In this document: positions 32,101 to 45,402 of the stretch, piece by piece | How the letters are laid out: the number at the start of each line of letters is the position of its first letter | Numbering within the stretch: the first letter of the stretch is position 1 | Position numbers and translations under genes: made by a program | Source of the DNA: Tubulanus polymorphus | Taxonomy: Eukaryota; Animalia; Nemertea | DNA length: 64,000 nucleotides | Direction of reading: 5' to 3' | Assembly (NCBI RefSeq): GCF_964204645.1 | Contig: NC_134026.1 | Span: 1,759,950-1,823,949, forward strand | The notes under the pieces: generated by a model | The model's database searches: none | Told to the model about the DNA's origin: nothing | The model's input: the letters and a program-made list of their open reading frames with translations, nothing else

Positions 32101-35100
32101 AGGCAAAATTTGAATGAGAACTACCAGCAATGAAAAATAGTTCAATGAGTGAATGAATTTCTTAGAATCGATTGCTCAAATTTTCTTTAACCCCGCGTCA
32201 GATCTTTGTTGATAAGTCCTAAAACTATCGCGTAATCAGATTGTAAATGTAACTTTTTTTGGACGGAGAGAATCCATCGTCCACCCTTTACTCACCGTGG
32301 ACTTTCTTTATCCTGCTCCTCTAAACACAAATGTAACAGGTCTATAAACTTTTGAGGAAAAGCCCCAAAATCTACCAACAATCCTTGCTGACATTTCAAA
32401 CTGAAATAATACGAAAGTAATAACATAATTAATTTCAGTTAAAATTGAAGCACTTAAAATCAATTTGAGTCATAAATCGATCAATAATAAATGAAACTTT
32501 ACCTTTGAAAATCTTCCTCTCCCAAACGTAGTGTATACAAGAAAAACAAGTCATTTTCATCAGTCAGTCGAACCACTAATTCCTACAACAACGAACACAA
32601 ACTCAACATCCAACATCAAGATGATTAAAATATATACTTGATTTTCAGGACAATTTCATTTTCAACTACCTTGCGATGAAGCGGAGCAGTATGGACATAC
32701 AGTTCTATTGTAACCAGAATACCAATTTGCCTGAAGATATATTTGTTGAACAAATTAAGTTATCGAACAAACATTCACCCAATAAATAGGGCTGGAGCTT
32801 GTTACATTTAAGTAGGGATTTCAGGTTGAAAATTTCTATGTGTCCTATGTGTCTTTCTAATAGCTTAAAATGAAGAAGGGGATAGCATAAGCATACAGCA
32901 CTTTACAGAATCAAAATTGGTCAAGTGGTTCAAAAGTTATAAGCAATCTAAGGGTGGAAATTTGGGGTATTTTTGTCATTTGATTGCGCAATACACTTTA
33001 GTTCATTTCCAATGAAAGTATCAGACAGGAAGTGTCTAGGTTTTGCTGCTTTTTAGCCAGATAAAGGAATTAAATTCAACATTAAAACCAATATAACTCC
33101 GAGAATTTTTATCTGTTTAAAACCAAACTTGGTCAGTATGTTGTCTATACAAAGTTTGTTTAGATTCATGTAAGTAATTGCACAAATATGTAAATTAGGC
33201 TAATTTGCATACTAATTATCTAATTAATACCCACTTCTATAACCATTAACACGCAATACTATAGTTTATTTCTCAAGATAAATGATACTTAAGACATGGA
33301 ATATCAATTTTGAGATAATGTACCGAAGATATCGTGCATCAGGGTGATACTGATTACCACGGTAACCATAAGGTAAGTATCAAGGCGGCCATCTTGAATC
33401 TAATTAACTACATCTTTAATGTATTTAGTTGATTCGATATGGCCTTATAGACCTTTATTATTTGAAATAACTAATCTTAGTGGATAAGTTCAATGTTTTA
33501 AAGCCTTCTGAAATAAAAGATACTAATAATATCATTATATTTCAGATACTCACTTGCCGCAGAAGAATAGGATAAAGCGTTGAAGAGATCTACGTACTAC
33601 ATGGTTTTCCGAAATTAAATCAAATTGAAATGAATAGAAAAGCCTTTGTTTTTCTTTAGAGATCCCTAGGCCCTAACAGATTTACCCATGAAATATCTAT
33701 ATCATGATATCTCAAATTGAGGCTCGAGGAATGGCGGCCATCTTGTTTTGCGTCGATATTTCATCGGAAAGTCAATTTTAAAAAAGTATGTCATGTTTGG
33801 TATCTAATTAAAGGTCTCCTTCTAGGCAAGTCATTCGAATGAAAAAGAAAATTGATAATATAATCCTCTAGAATATATTTGATTAACCATTGGTTGGTGG
33901 GTATTTTAGGCCTAGCAGCGGCAGTTATTTAGCGAAAGGGTCGACAATTGGAATTGAAAAACCATGAACAAATGATAACAACTGCTTTTCAGGGGGATAT
34001 CCTAGTATTCAAGATGAGATGATTACCTAAAGGTGAAGCAGATAGGAAAAATAAAATTTCTTTTTAGCAAAAAATGAGCTAAAATTTAGACAAAACTTGG
34101 ATTCTTGTGCAAAATACTCAAATTTTTTAAATTGGATAGGCCTAACCATTATTCGTCTTATATATTGCCGATTTCGTAATAAAGTATGAGTTTAATGAGT
34201 GAAAGTGACGTTTTACTTGCTAAATTGACATTTAGATTGGTAAAAATGAACCAGGAAGTGTTTTGATTGATCAGCTGGCAGCCGGTGTGAGCCGGCAGTG
34301 ACCCGGATGTAAACAATTTGAAGCGCCTTGCCGACTTTAGGTCAAAATCCGCGAAAGACTACTCAATCAATCTTAAAAGTAATAATTGAAAACAATATAT
34401 AAAGTATCTTATTTTATCATGTAGTAGAGTGCAAGTTGTTATTATTATTAATTTTAGCGTATGAGCACTTTGAAGTGTGTTTACGACGTTTTCCGAGTGA
34501 TACAGGGCCTACCAAAACTTGCACGCACCGACATGCTCTACTTGAAACATGTTCTTAAAATATTCTGAGGTCAAATATCCAGCCAATCAGCAGCCGGCTC
34601 GCGGATTTGACCCAAAAAATTGCATGCGTTTTTCACGTGTTTGAAAAATGCATGAACAAACATGGCCGCCATCTTGTTTCCTAGAAATGAGCCGACGCGC
34701 GCCGAACTACGACTTATTGCTCCGTAACTAGGCAAGATACACTCATGAAATTTACACCACAACAAATAACCGGTAAATTGAGTATACTGAGCAAGTTTGG
34801 CTTCAATCGGATATAGAATATAGAATTTTTTATGAGCGATTGAAAATTTGAAGCGTGGAAAACGCTAATTATGACACATTTTGATCACGTGACCTGAAAT
34901 CCCTAATTTAAGAGTGAATGATATCAATTGTGAAAAGTCCTTGAGCAGCCCAACCTGAGCTCCACCAAAAACCCTTAAGTGTCTGATAGGCCACAGACAC
35001 AACAGTACTGTAGACACTTTGTTACTTCTATCCGCAGAGAAGATGATCGGTCCTCTATCTACTACGATCGGTTTTAAGAAACCAGATTTCTACTCAAGTC

Positions 35101-35434
35101 ACAGTGATTTGAAAGTAATTATTGAGAAAACTTTCTCTCTTCTTCATGTTCTTGTTCATGTTGTTGAAGAGGTTGTATTGGAAGGAAGGGAGATGATGGG
35201 AGAAATTGTGCCAGCCAGCAGGCAAACTGCACTGTGGCAAGTGAGGGTGTGGAAAACAATGGACGTTTGGACTCAATTCCCTTAAACTCATCGGAGAATA
35301 TTACTGAAACACTCTAATAAGTTAAGACAAAGATTTACCGCAAAATAACAAACATACTTATCATCCCTGTCATTACTCTTTACGACAACGGGCAACTTTT
35401 TCGAGAACAATTCTTTGCTGCTGACTGTCGCCAT
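29113..35434 (-). CDS. SASS6: Spindle assembly abnormal protein 6 (centriole cartwheel), multi-exon
   Basis: ATG 35434 [22 protein letters not shown]; [38 protein letters not shown] (PISA motif), [14 protein letters not shown], long coiled coil with [11 protein letters not shown]-terminal SAYFP. Confidence 0.95.
32813..34905. mobile_element. ~2.1-kb non-autonomous DNA transposon in SAS-6 intron 1
   Basis: 14-bp TIR TAGGGATTTCAGGT / ACCTGAAATCCCTA; 7-bp TSD ATTTAAG (32806-32812, 34906-34912); no long ORF; three internal GCCATCTTG motifs. Confidence 0.8.
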
Positions 35435-35763
35435 TTTTTCAAAGTTTAGCGCCGCTCACAGGTGGCAGCACTGTACGGATCAAACAATAGACTGGTTCCG
35501 GGTTTCTATTTGGACGGGCAACCAGTCTATTCAATAAAAAATATACACGCTTTACAAGATTCCCTCATTCATAAATCCACCATCACATTACAAGTCTTTC
35601 TGACCCAAGTAAAGCATTATTTTGTCAGGTTGATAAAAGAAATTTGGTTTGAACTAAAAATGAAATGTGTCCCTACAGATGGCAGCACTGAACGGTCAGT
35701 TGTTTCTGATACCATATAATTCTGTTATTTCGTCCATAAGAGAAGTGTTTCGTCGCACCGATC
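35435..35763. promoter_or_regulatory. Head-to-head promoter SAS-6 / CBR copy 1
   Basis: Only ~330 bp between divergent ATGs; two CAG(G/A)TGGCAGCACTG motifs near 35459 and 35676. Confidence 0.65.
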
Positions 35764-37539
35764 ATGTCTAAAGTTGCACTTGTAAGTTTCTATATTTTCA
35801 CATACCGTATACTGTACCCTGCAGTGCTTTTTGGAAAATTTCTGTCTTCTTTTTACAGTGTTGAGTCTACTTAACGTGAGGCTTCTTACTTGAACTTGTT
35901 GAATAATGACGAATGTTAATAGTTATGTAACTTTTTATGTTGTTAGTTCTTAGGGCTAGAACTAGACTATTTATTTTTGTCTGTCATTTGTCGTCGATTT
36001 TTTTGGGAAAAAATACAAAATCAATTAAGCTTATAATCAATTATTTAAAATCAATATGGGTCAATATGAAATTGATGGTTTATTTAGACTGCGCACAGTG
36101 TCAGGACAGGGCGGGTGTTAGTGTGGTCAGAAGATTCAAAATATCCCAAAAGAGTAAAAAAACCGGTTCACTATATGGAACTTGTTTTTGTGCAGTCAAG
36201 AATTTTTTTTACAGGTAACTGGTGGTAATAAAGGTATTGGACTCTGTATTGTAGAGTTGCTTTGTAAACAATTAGGAAAGGATTGGAGTGTTTACTTAAC
36301 TGGTAATAATTATCCCTAGTCGTAAATAATTTACAAAACTGCAAAACATGAAATTAATTAACATTTCAATAAATATTGAATCTTTATCAGCAAGAAATGA
36401 AGATCTTGGAAAAGAAGCAGTTAAGACGTTAGCAGCAAAAGGACTTCAACCGAAGTTTCATCAACTTGATATAACCTCATCTGAAAGTATCAGTAACCTG
36501 GCTTCTTATCTAAAAAAAGAATATGATGGACTGGACATTTTGGTGAATAACGCTGGAATTGCATTTAAGGTGAAATCTGAGTTGAACTACTGTAAAAATA
36601 AGTGAAAGATATCGACAAAGTTAATGCTCAAATTGGTTCTTCATTGTAGGCCGCATCAACAGCACCATTCTCTGAGCAGGCTGCAGTTACTAATAAAACT
36701 AATGTTACCGGAACCCTGAATGTTTGTAACTCATTGTTCCCACTGCTGAGACCTCATGCCAGGTATCAATCATCTTCCATCATACTTATAGACCTGTCGT
36801 TTGTCATTAATCTATTGTCAATGTGACTATATAAAAGATGTTTGTATTTCATGTTGCAGAGTTGTAAATGTTTCCAGTATGGTGACACGGTTTGCCCTTG
36901 AAAAATGTAGCCCGCAAATACGTCAGAGATACAATAACCTGAAGACTATTCCAGAACTGGAGCAGTTTGTGAATGAGTTTATCGAGTATGTCGATCTCGT
37001 CTTTCATTGCAATTTCATTCAATTCTTTGTATAGTTTATCAAGACATCAATATATTGTTTGATTTTCAGATTGGCTCAGTCAAATACTCACAAGGAAAAA
37101 GGTTTCCCCGACAGCGCATATGGGATTTCTAAAATGGCAGTCACCAAAATGACTTTCATCCATCAAGCGGAATTTGATAAAGATTCACGTGAAGATGTTA
37201 TAGTTAATGCTGTAAGCAATGAAGCGTAGTATTCATATCTTTAAATTCCGTTTTTTGCTATGCATAAAGATATTTTAAAATGTCCATTTCAGTGCTGTCC
37301 AGGATACTGTGATACTGATATGACGTCCCATAAGGGACCAAAAAGTGCTATGGATGGTAAGCTATCACTTTCTAAAACTCATATCGGTTTTAACTTAACA
37401 TTCTAGTTTAATAAACTATTTTATTATTGTAATATTTTTAGGTGCCGATACTCCGGTTTATTTGGCTTTGCTGCCACCGGGAACTTCTTCACCGAAAGGT
37501 CAGCACGTCGAAGACAGAAAGATTTTCACTATTCAGTGA
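35764..37539 (+). CDS. CBR1: Carbonyl reductase [NADPH] 1-like, copy 1
   Basis: VALVTGGNKGIG, YLTARN, FHQLDI, LDILVNNAGIAFK, RVVNVSS, AYGISK, NACCPGYCDTDM, GADTPVYLALLPP; TGA at 37537-37539. Confidence 0.93.
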
Positions 37540-38403
37540 AGTCAAAACGTTTCATCGTGGTTAAGATGAGCTATATATCTACTGTCTACATCTTGTATAG
37601 ACTATTTGTGTGATATTCAGATTTTCGGTAGCTTACATTTGTACTGAATACAGGCTTTGCTGATAAATTTGTACCATTAAACATTCAAAAAAGAATAAAT
37701 TTATTAAGTTAAAATCTCTTCACAATTTCTTTCTTGACATCTTCGGTTGATATATGGACGTAACCAGGCGAAAAAGGAGTCAACTGTGATAACAAAATCA
37801 GTCACCAAACTAAAAACCGTTTTGCGTTACCGGTAGTGCTAAACAGCTTTAATAGAATGAGTTTAGGAAATCGTTTGCACTTACTAAACCCAGGATGGTC
37901 TTCACACAGAATTTCAAAAGAGGATTACACTCATAAGTTGGGCTGTAGAAAGTCTTAATTTTACATTGAAAAACGAAGTTGTCGTATGGGTGGGTAAGTT
38001 AGATTGGTAAATTATTAAAGTTTGACGTGTAAATATGATGTATCAATTTCACAGTACCATACAGTATAACCAGACAGGCCACAGACATAAGTTTCTTCTT
38101 TTTTTTAACATACATGTATTAGATAAAGGCAAAAGTTGCCCCATACGTAGTAGTCTAGTACCTAGCCGTTGTTCCCGTCGGAACCCGTTACAACGACTGG
38201 TATTCAGACTATACACACGTAGGCGAACCAAACTGAAATGTTAAATGTAACGAAAGGCTTTGAGGGCTTGAACTAGGGAAAAGATTAGCCCAGATGGAAG
38301 CACTAGTGCATAAATTTACGTCATTCATATTCGTCAATCATTTGACTTGACCCCGGTGTGTCCTCTGTCTCATGATTAATTCTGTTTATTTGTCGCACCG
38401 ATC

Positions 38404-40006
38404 ATGTCTAAAGTTGCAGTAGTAAGTTTCGTTAGTTTCATAAACCGTAGACCCTACACTGCTTGTATTTAGTGGAAAAGTAATTTCTGTGCTTCTTGCG
38501 ATTGTCTGAACTTGTTTCAAGTTTAAAGTTCTCAGCGATGATATAGCCTATTCACTTACCCTTTTCTCATGTTGCCGAACTTGCACATCATAATACCTTA
38601 GTTGACTAGAGCCTGTACCAGTACACCAACCCCAACCAATCTGTTTTTGTGCAGCCTAGAATCATTTTTTTTTCAGGTTACTGGTGGTAATAAAGGTATT
38701 GGACTCTGTATTGTAGAGTTGCTTTGCAAACAATTAGGAAAGGATTGGAGTGTTTACTTAACTGGTAATAATTATTCCTAGTCGTAAATAATTTCCAAAA
38801 CTGCAAAACATGAAATCTCGTTTGCAGTGAAAATATTTCAATATTGAATCTTTATCAGCAAGAAATGAAGATCTTGGAAAAGAAGCAGTTAAGACGTTAG
38901 CAGCAAAAGGACTTCAACCGAAGTTTCATCAACTTGATATATCCTCATCTGAAAGTATCAATAACCTGGCTTCATATCTAAAAAAAGAATATGATGGACT
39001 GGACATTTTGGTGAATAACGCTGGAATTGCATTCAAGGTGAAATCTGAGTTGAACTACTGTAAAGTAAGAGTGAAAGATATCGACAAAATTTAACGCTCA
39101 AATTGGTTCTTCATTGTAGGCCGCATCAACAGCACCATTCTCTGAGCAGGCTGCAGTTACTAATAAAACTAATGTTACCGGAACCCTGAATGTTTGTAAC
39201 TCATTGTTCCCACTGCTGAGACCTCATGCCAGGTATCAATCATCTTTCATCATACTTATAGACCTTTCGTTTGTCATTAATCTATTAACGATGTGACTAT
39301 ATAAAAGATGTTTGTATTTCATGTTGCAGAGTTGTGAATGTTTCCAGTATGGTGACACGGTTTGCCCTTGAAAAATGTAGCCCGCAAATACGTCAGAGAT
39401 ACAATAACCTGAAGACTATTCCAGAACTGGAGCAGTTTGTGAATGAGTTTATCGAGTATGTCGATCTCGTCTTTCATTGCTATTTCATTCAATTCTTCGT
39501 ATAGTTTATCATCAAGACATCAATATATCATTTGATTTTCAGATTGGCCCAGTCAAATACTCACAAAGAAAAAGGTTTCCCTGACAGCGCATATGGGATT
39601 TCTAAAATGGCAGTCACCAAAATGACTTTCATTCATCAAGCGGAATTTGATAAAGATTCACGTGAAGATGTTATAGTTAATGCTGTAAGCAATGAAGCGT
39701 AGTATTCATATCTTTAAATTCCGTTTTTTTTTGCAATGCATGAAGAAATATTGAAAACCTTATTTTCCAGTGCTGTCCAGGATACTGTGATACTGATATG
39801 ACGTCCAATTCAGGCTTAAAAAGTCCTATGGATGGTAAGCTATCACTTCATATCAATTCGAAAATCAATATCATATGAAAAACTATTTGATTATTGTAAT
39901 ATTTTTAGGTGCCGATACTCCGGTTTATTTGGCTTTGCTGCCACCGGGAACTTCTTCACCGAAAGGTCAGCACGTCGAAGACAGAAAGATTTTCACTATT
40001 CAGTAA
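38404..40006 (+). CDS. CBR1: Carbonyl reductase [NADPH] 1-like, copy 2 (tandem duplicate)
   Basis: Same exons and motifs as copy 1, near-identical including central introns; TAA at 40004-40006. Confidence 0.93.
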
Positions 40007-40166
40007 AATCGACATATTGCATCCTGGTTTTAATCTTTTTCCCCTTGCATAATACAAGAGCTAGTTGCAATTTATCTGTTTGATGTTCACATTTTCAATA
40101 GCTTAATATTCATTTGTACTGTGTATGGCTTATGCTAGTAAAGTTGTTCCAATATATTATCCATAA

Positions 40167-40384
40167 GGCTAGAAAAATTGATACCTTGTTTCTCTGCTCT
40201 GCTGAGCTTAAAAGTTGACCCGGCCGGCCGCCTATCTACCCTATACATTACTTTTTAAAAAATCGTGATCAATTTTACCGTAACAGACCCGCAGCTATAG
40301 AACTGAACAGATTACAAATTGTATTATAGCTAACAAAAATGACCCGGCCGCTGCGAAGAAACAAGGTATCATTTTTGTTTAGCC
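40167..40384 (+). mobile_element. Harbinger-type MITE family A, copy 2
   Basis: Colinear with 6850-7068; TAA TSD. Confidence 0.9.
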
Positions 40385-40858
40385 TAATTATTGATATAAA
40401 ATAAACTGATGTGGTGAGAAGCTGATGACATTTTCTTTCTTAATCTGGAACTTGAGAGTCTGAGTTATCCTCTTTGGACATTCATCTTTTCGCAAAGAAT
40501 CCTCGGAATTGATACAGATATGTACCGTATGCTGGAAACCCTGACTTGAAGACCAAACATCAATGAACCAACAAAACAAAATATGATTTAGATTACAGTG
40601 GAAAATTCAACAAACTTATCATTATTCAACTATTCATATTGAAGATGGAAATTTCTATTCAAATCGCACACAAATGTTCACAAATAATTTATATACTAAA
40701 TAAAAATTCAGCTACTAGTTGTCAATCATTATTTCTGTTCAATTTCCTTCTTTCCCTTCATCTTTTTGTACAAGAGAGCGGCACATATTGTACCATACGT
40801 CGCCAGAACAAACTGAAAATACATGAGAAAATACATGAATACATACGCCACATATTTA

Positions 40859-41016
40859 GGGGTCATTCATTTATTACATACGCATTAGAGGAGGGATCAG
40901 TGCAATTGTGTACTGTAATGCTTAATGTATACGAAAAAATGGCTGATTTTGCGTACAGAGGGGGAGGGGGGTTGAAAAATTGAAATTTTATGCGTACGTA
41001 ATTAATGAATGATCCC
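40859..41016. mobile_element. Harbinger-type MITE
   Basis: TIR GGGGTCATTCATTTATTAC / GTAATTAATGAATGATCCC; TTA TSD; G-run/CGTAC motifs similar to the 6475 element. Confidence 0.8.
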
Positions 41017-42576
41017 TTATTAGTTCCAACCTCCCAGGGCTGTGGCTAGCGCTTGAATTTTGGGGTCAAAGAGAAACCCGAAATATGGCAGTTCTAAGGG
41101 ATATAAAAATCATATTTGCAAGAAGGGCACTTTAATTTAATTTCCCAAATTTTTTGTTTTGGAGGGGAGAGGCAAACTTCCCCTGACCTCAGCTGCAGGC
41201 AGGTATGAATCTAGGTTCACATCCCATGTAGACATAAGGTATCTAACCACAACAATGCAGTTAGTTTCAATATACTCTATTCAGCAGTGAGTGGTGTCTG
41301 AAACCGGGAGAGGGGGGGGGGTGGTTCCTAAAAACTTGCCCTTTTTAACATTGAACCCTCAGTCTTAGTTTGTGCTTTTACTTACATTTAATCTTCCTCG
41401 TTTAGTATAAGAATTGAAGTAATATTTCAAGCCAGTGTATTTGTATTGCGATTCGTCAATTCCAGCCATAACGATCTAGCAGAATAAATGTGAAAAAATG
41501 GGATGTTAAATAAATCTTCTTTTAATTTGAATTTGTCTTCAATCAATCTATATTCCTATTTCATGATAATGTACCCAACAATTTAACATAAAATCTTTTC
41601 CTCTGATGATTCAATGACATTGTACAGTGCACGATAAAGCGCTTAAAATACGTATTTAGTTTTCAAATGTGTAAAAAATACTCACTGAATCAGGAAAAGG
41701 AAATTTGTTCTAAATCGTGAAGAAATGTAAGGAGGTCACGAACTTTAGGGTTGTGGATAATTCACATACGATGGCGCGAACGGTCACGCAAACGGTTAGG
41801 TTCGAATCCCACTCAGCAGGCCTACATCCTCGCTTGCCAGGGTTTATTGATCGTCGCATTCGAAGTTTGTTTGTTTGGTTTTACGTCGCTTGGATCTTGG
41901 TTTCCCAAAACTAACCCTATAATCCTATTGGATTATTCACTGGTCGTCGCATCGAAGTTCAATCCTTGAAACTAAACCATCTGACGGACACTGTCCAATT
42001 GAACAGTCACTTTCGCTCGATCGGCGCACGAGCGCACGGGATACCATGGCTGAATCCGTGGCCCCTGACTAGAAATGTGAAATATGGCGGCTTGAATAAA
42101 GTTATTTGTTCAATCCTTCGCAATACAGATTGCCAATGGTTCCTCTGCTATATAGTTGAAGTGTAAAAAAACTTGTTTTCTGTCTCAGTGCGTCCTCGTC
42201 CACACTGTGTAGATATGCACGAAAAAACAGAAAATATCGAAGTAAGTGGGGCTAGCCGTTTTTCGTGACGCCTAGACATCAATTCAGAATTATGTATTCC
42301 CCATAATTAAGTTATAGTGTAGTACAAGTAACCGTTAAAAGCCTAATCAAAGCTTAGATTTTATAGATGACACATTTGTTGCATATGTGTATTCTATTAT
42401 TCCGGCAGAGATTTTAGCAAGTCTAATGAAGCTTACGGTTAAAGAGTGACAGATTGCGATTCCACCTGATACAAACTGTATTCCATCTTTCACATTATAA
42501 AACCTCTACAACCCGTAGTCACAACGGTTCAGTATAAATTTCCTAACTGTAGAGAAGAGTTAAAAAAGGATTAAAT

Positions 42577-44962
42577 ATGGGTTGCCCTTTGGGGAAACAG
42601 GCACACAATATCATGCAAATGGCTAAAAATATAAGGAAAAAAGGTGTAAGTATATTTTACTAATAAAGGTTTCCCGACCTTCCTATATGCGAGTTGTTTG
42701 TGACGAATTTCACTTTATATCTGTTTGCCCGCTTTTTGCCAATTTCCGAAAAGCTTGCCTTATTTATACGAAGAGGTCTCAAATATTTCGAATAACATTA
42801 TTTTTTGTCACACATTAACTGTGGCGTGTTATCTTGGTTAGATATTAGCCTTAGCTATCATCCATCCAAAATAAAACAGAATTTCGTTTCTGATATTATA
42901 TTGTATTGACGTTGTATTGTCTTTTTGCTCTAAGCAAATGTAGTTTTGTGAGCAATAGAATACATCCCATTCTATTCTATAAACTCAATATAATTCATTT
43001 TAAAAGTCAAAGATAGTCGATTGGACATTTTTGAATTTTGAAACCATGTAAAATATGACAGATTTTCATAATAAGTATTCTACATAGTATATTTTGAATA
43101 GGTTTCACAATTAGACGAGAAACCTTTTAACTTTTCGACATTTTCGAATGAATTAATATTTTAACTGTTCTAGGGAACAGTCAGGGCTAAACAGGATTTC
43201 GATCCAAATGAAGCCGCCCAGATTCTGAGAAAAGCCGTGAAAGGTTTAGGTGAGTGTTAACGGATGTGAGGTGATGTATCGATTGGTTAACAAATGTATA
43301 AATTTGTATCTCTATCGTGTATTGCGCGCGTCTTACAGAAAATATCACTATGCGTGAACTTGTTCTTGAATTTAGGAACGGATGAAGACGCTATCATAAA
43401 AGTACTGGCCGGACACAATACGCTGCAGCGAATGAAAATTTCCGAATCATACAAAAGTCTATTCGGCAAGGTAAAGTAATTTCCACTTAAAGCACAGTGT
43501 ATTTAGACATGATTGATTGATGCCTTCGATGATTTTACATCTCAGGACCTGGTTACCGATTTGAAAGGCGATTTAAGCGGCAATTTCGAGCAACTGTGCT
43601 GCGCCTTGTTTGAAGATCCCAAACAGTATGACGCAGATCAGCTCCGCGCCGCCATGAAAGTATGTAAACATTTGATTAAACAATATCATTGAATATTCAT
43701 TAACTATAACAAATGACGATCAGACCATCGAAATATTGAAAATCAGAGCTGTCTCTTCCAAGTGATCAATTCTAGTGTATTGTATAGGGCTTAGGAACTG
43801 ATGAACAAGTTCTTATCGAGATAATTTGTACGAGATCCAATGAGGATATCCAAGCAATAAAACAAGCTTATCAGACCCGTGAGTATCCGCAGACGAATCA
43901 TACTTGTGAGTAAATCATTTCAGTATGCATGTTATCAATTCTGTATATTGAAAATTTACATTTTTGAAAATTCATTATTACACGTGCGATATCTAGTAAA
44001 TACTCCCAGTTACTGAATAAGCTTTGGGTCGGTCAAATTTTCAGACCATATGCGAAATCTGGAGAACGACCTGGAAAGTGAAACTAGCGGTAATTTCAAA
44101 CGCGTTTTAGTAACAATAACAAACGCGGGACGCGATGAAACCACGATTATCGATGAAAATCAAGCTATGAAAGATGCAGATGACTTATATCAGGTTGGAA
44201 CATTCGATTTAAGTTTTTATACAAGAGATTACAAGACCGTAAAGAAATAAAACATGAATTCGTTTTCAAATGCCCGAGGCTCCTGAAATCCGGGCTTCGC
44301 TCTTTGTCGTTTTCTCTGTAATCATCATTTCCGATTCTAGGCTGGAGAGGCGAAATTTGGAACCGATGAAGCAGTGTTTAATTTGATCCTCTGTAAACGT
44401 AGCTATCCACAACTTTTAGCCACATTTGACGCGTACCGAGTCGTATCGAAAAAGACGATCGAAGAGTCAATAAAATCAGAAACAAGTGGAAACTACAAAG
44501 ACAGTCTCTTAGCCATCGGTAATTATACATAAGATAGGTCATTCCGGATGATTAAACGAATTTGCAATTAATGAGAAAAATTCTTAGAAAAAACGTTCTT
44601 CAACTAAATGACGATCATAATTTCAATCTGATTGACTGTTTGCAGTGAGATGCGTGCGCAATAAGGCCGCCTTCTTCGCTGATCAACTGTATAGAAGTAT
44701 GAAAGGTTTAGGAACAGACGATAATACACTAATCAGACTTATCGTCACCCGATGCGAGGTAAATTGAATTGATAAATGACGATAGTTTTACTTCAATATT
44801 TTTCTGTCTGTAAACAAGGATTTTTTTCTCTCTTTTTAGGTTGATATGTACGAAATAAAAGCTGAATTCGTTCGAAACTACGGACAAACACTGGATGATT
44901 TTATCAAAGGCGATTGCTCTGGAGATTATAGAAAATTGTTGTTAGAACTGATTCGAGACTAA
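42577..44962 (+). CDS. Annexin with four repeats (alternative upstream ATG exon at 42215-42241)
   Basis: Endonexin motifs AVKGLGTDE, AMKGLGTDE, GEAKFGTDE, SMKGLGTDD; DLSGNFE, ETSGNFK, ETSGNYK, DCSGDYRKLLL; TAA at 44960-44962. Confidence 0.92.
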
Positions 44963-45080
44963 AAATGGTTAAAAATCCATCTTGTATCATGGACGTATCT
45001 AGTTTATACGTCCATGCACAGACGAATAATATCCATCTGTTGCTAAATGCACCGATTTCCTGTCTCCAAAAAAACTTTTA

Positions 45081-45302
45081 GGCTAAACAGAAATGATACA
45101 TTGTTTCGCCGCAGCGGCCGGGTCATTTTTGTAAAATATGATAAAATTTGTAATCAGTTCATTTCTATAGCGGCCGGGTCTGTTACAGTAGAATTTATCA
45201 CGATTTAAAAAAAAAGTAATGTACAGGGTAGATAGGCGGCCGGCCGGGTCAACTTTTAAACTCAGCAGAGCGGGAAAACAAGGTATCAATTTTTTCTTAG
45301 CC
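45081..45302 (-). mobile_element. Harbinger-type MITE family A, copy 3 (inverted)
   Basis: Reverse complement of 6850-7068; TTA TSD. Confidence 0.9.
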
Positions 45303-45315
45303 TTAACTGAAAACG

Positions 45316-45402
45316 TAGACACTAAGCATGGTCTATCGTGATAACCTAGACACTAAGTACGGTCTATCGTGATAACCTAGACACTAAGTATGGTCTATCG
45401 TG
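45316..45402. repeat. Tandem repeat, ~31-bp unit, nearly 3 copies
   Basis: TAGACACTAAGYAYGGTCTATCGTGATAACC repeated. Confidence 0.85.

Noticed and set aside
32260-32285. TGGACGGAGA matching the 5' end of miR-184
   Set aside because: The match stops after about 10 nt and the hairpin is far too short for a pre-miRNA
37537-37539. TGA in CBR copy 1 as selenocysteine or readthrough
   Set aside because: The paralog has TAA at the same position and no SECIS was seen
45316-45402. 31-bp repeats as a CRISPR array
   Set aside because: Head-to-tail with no spacers, in a eukaryotic context
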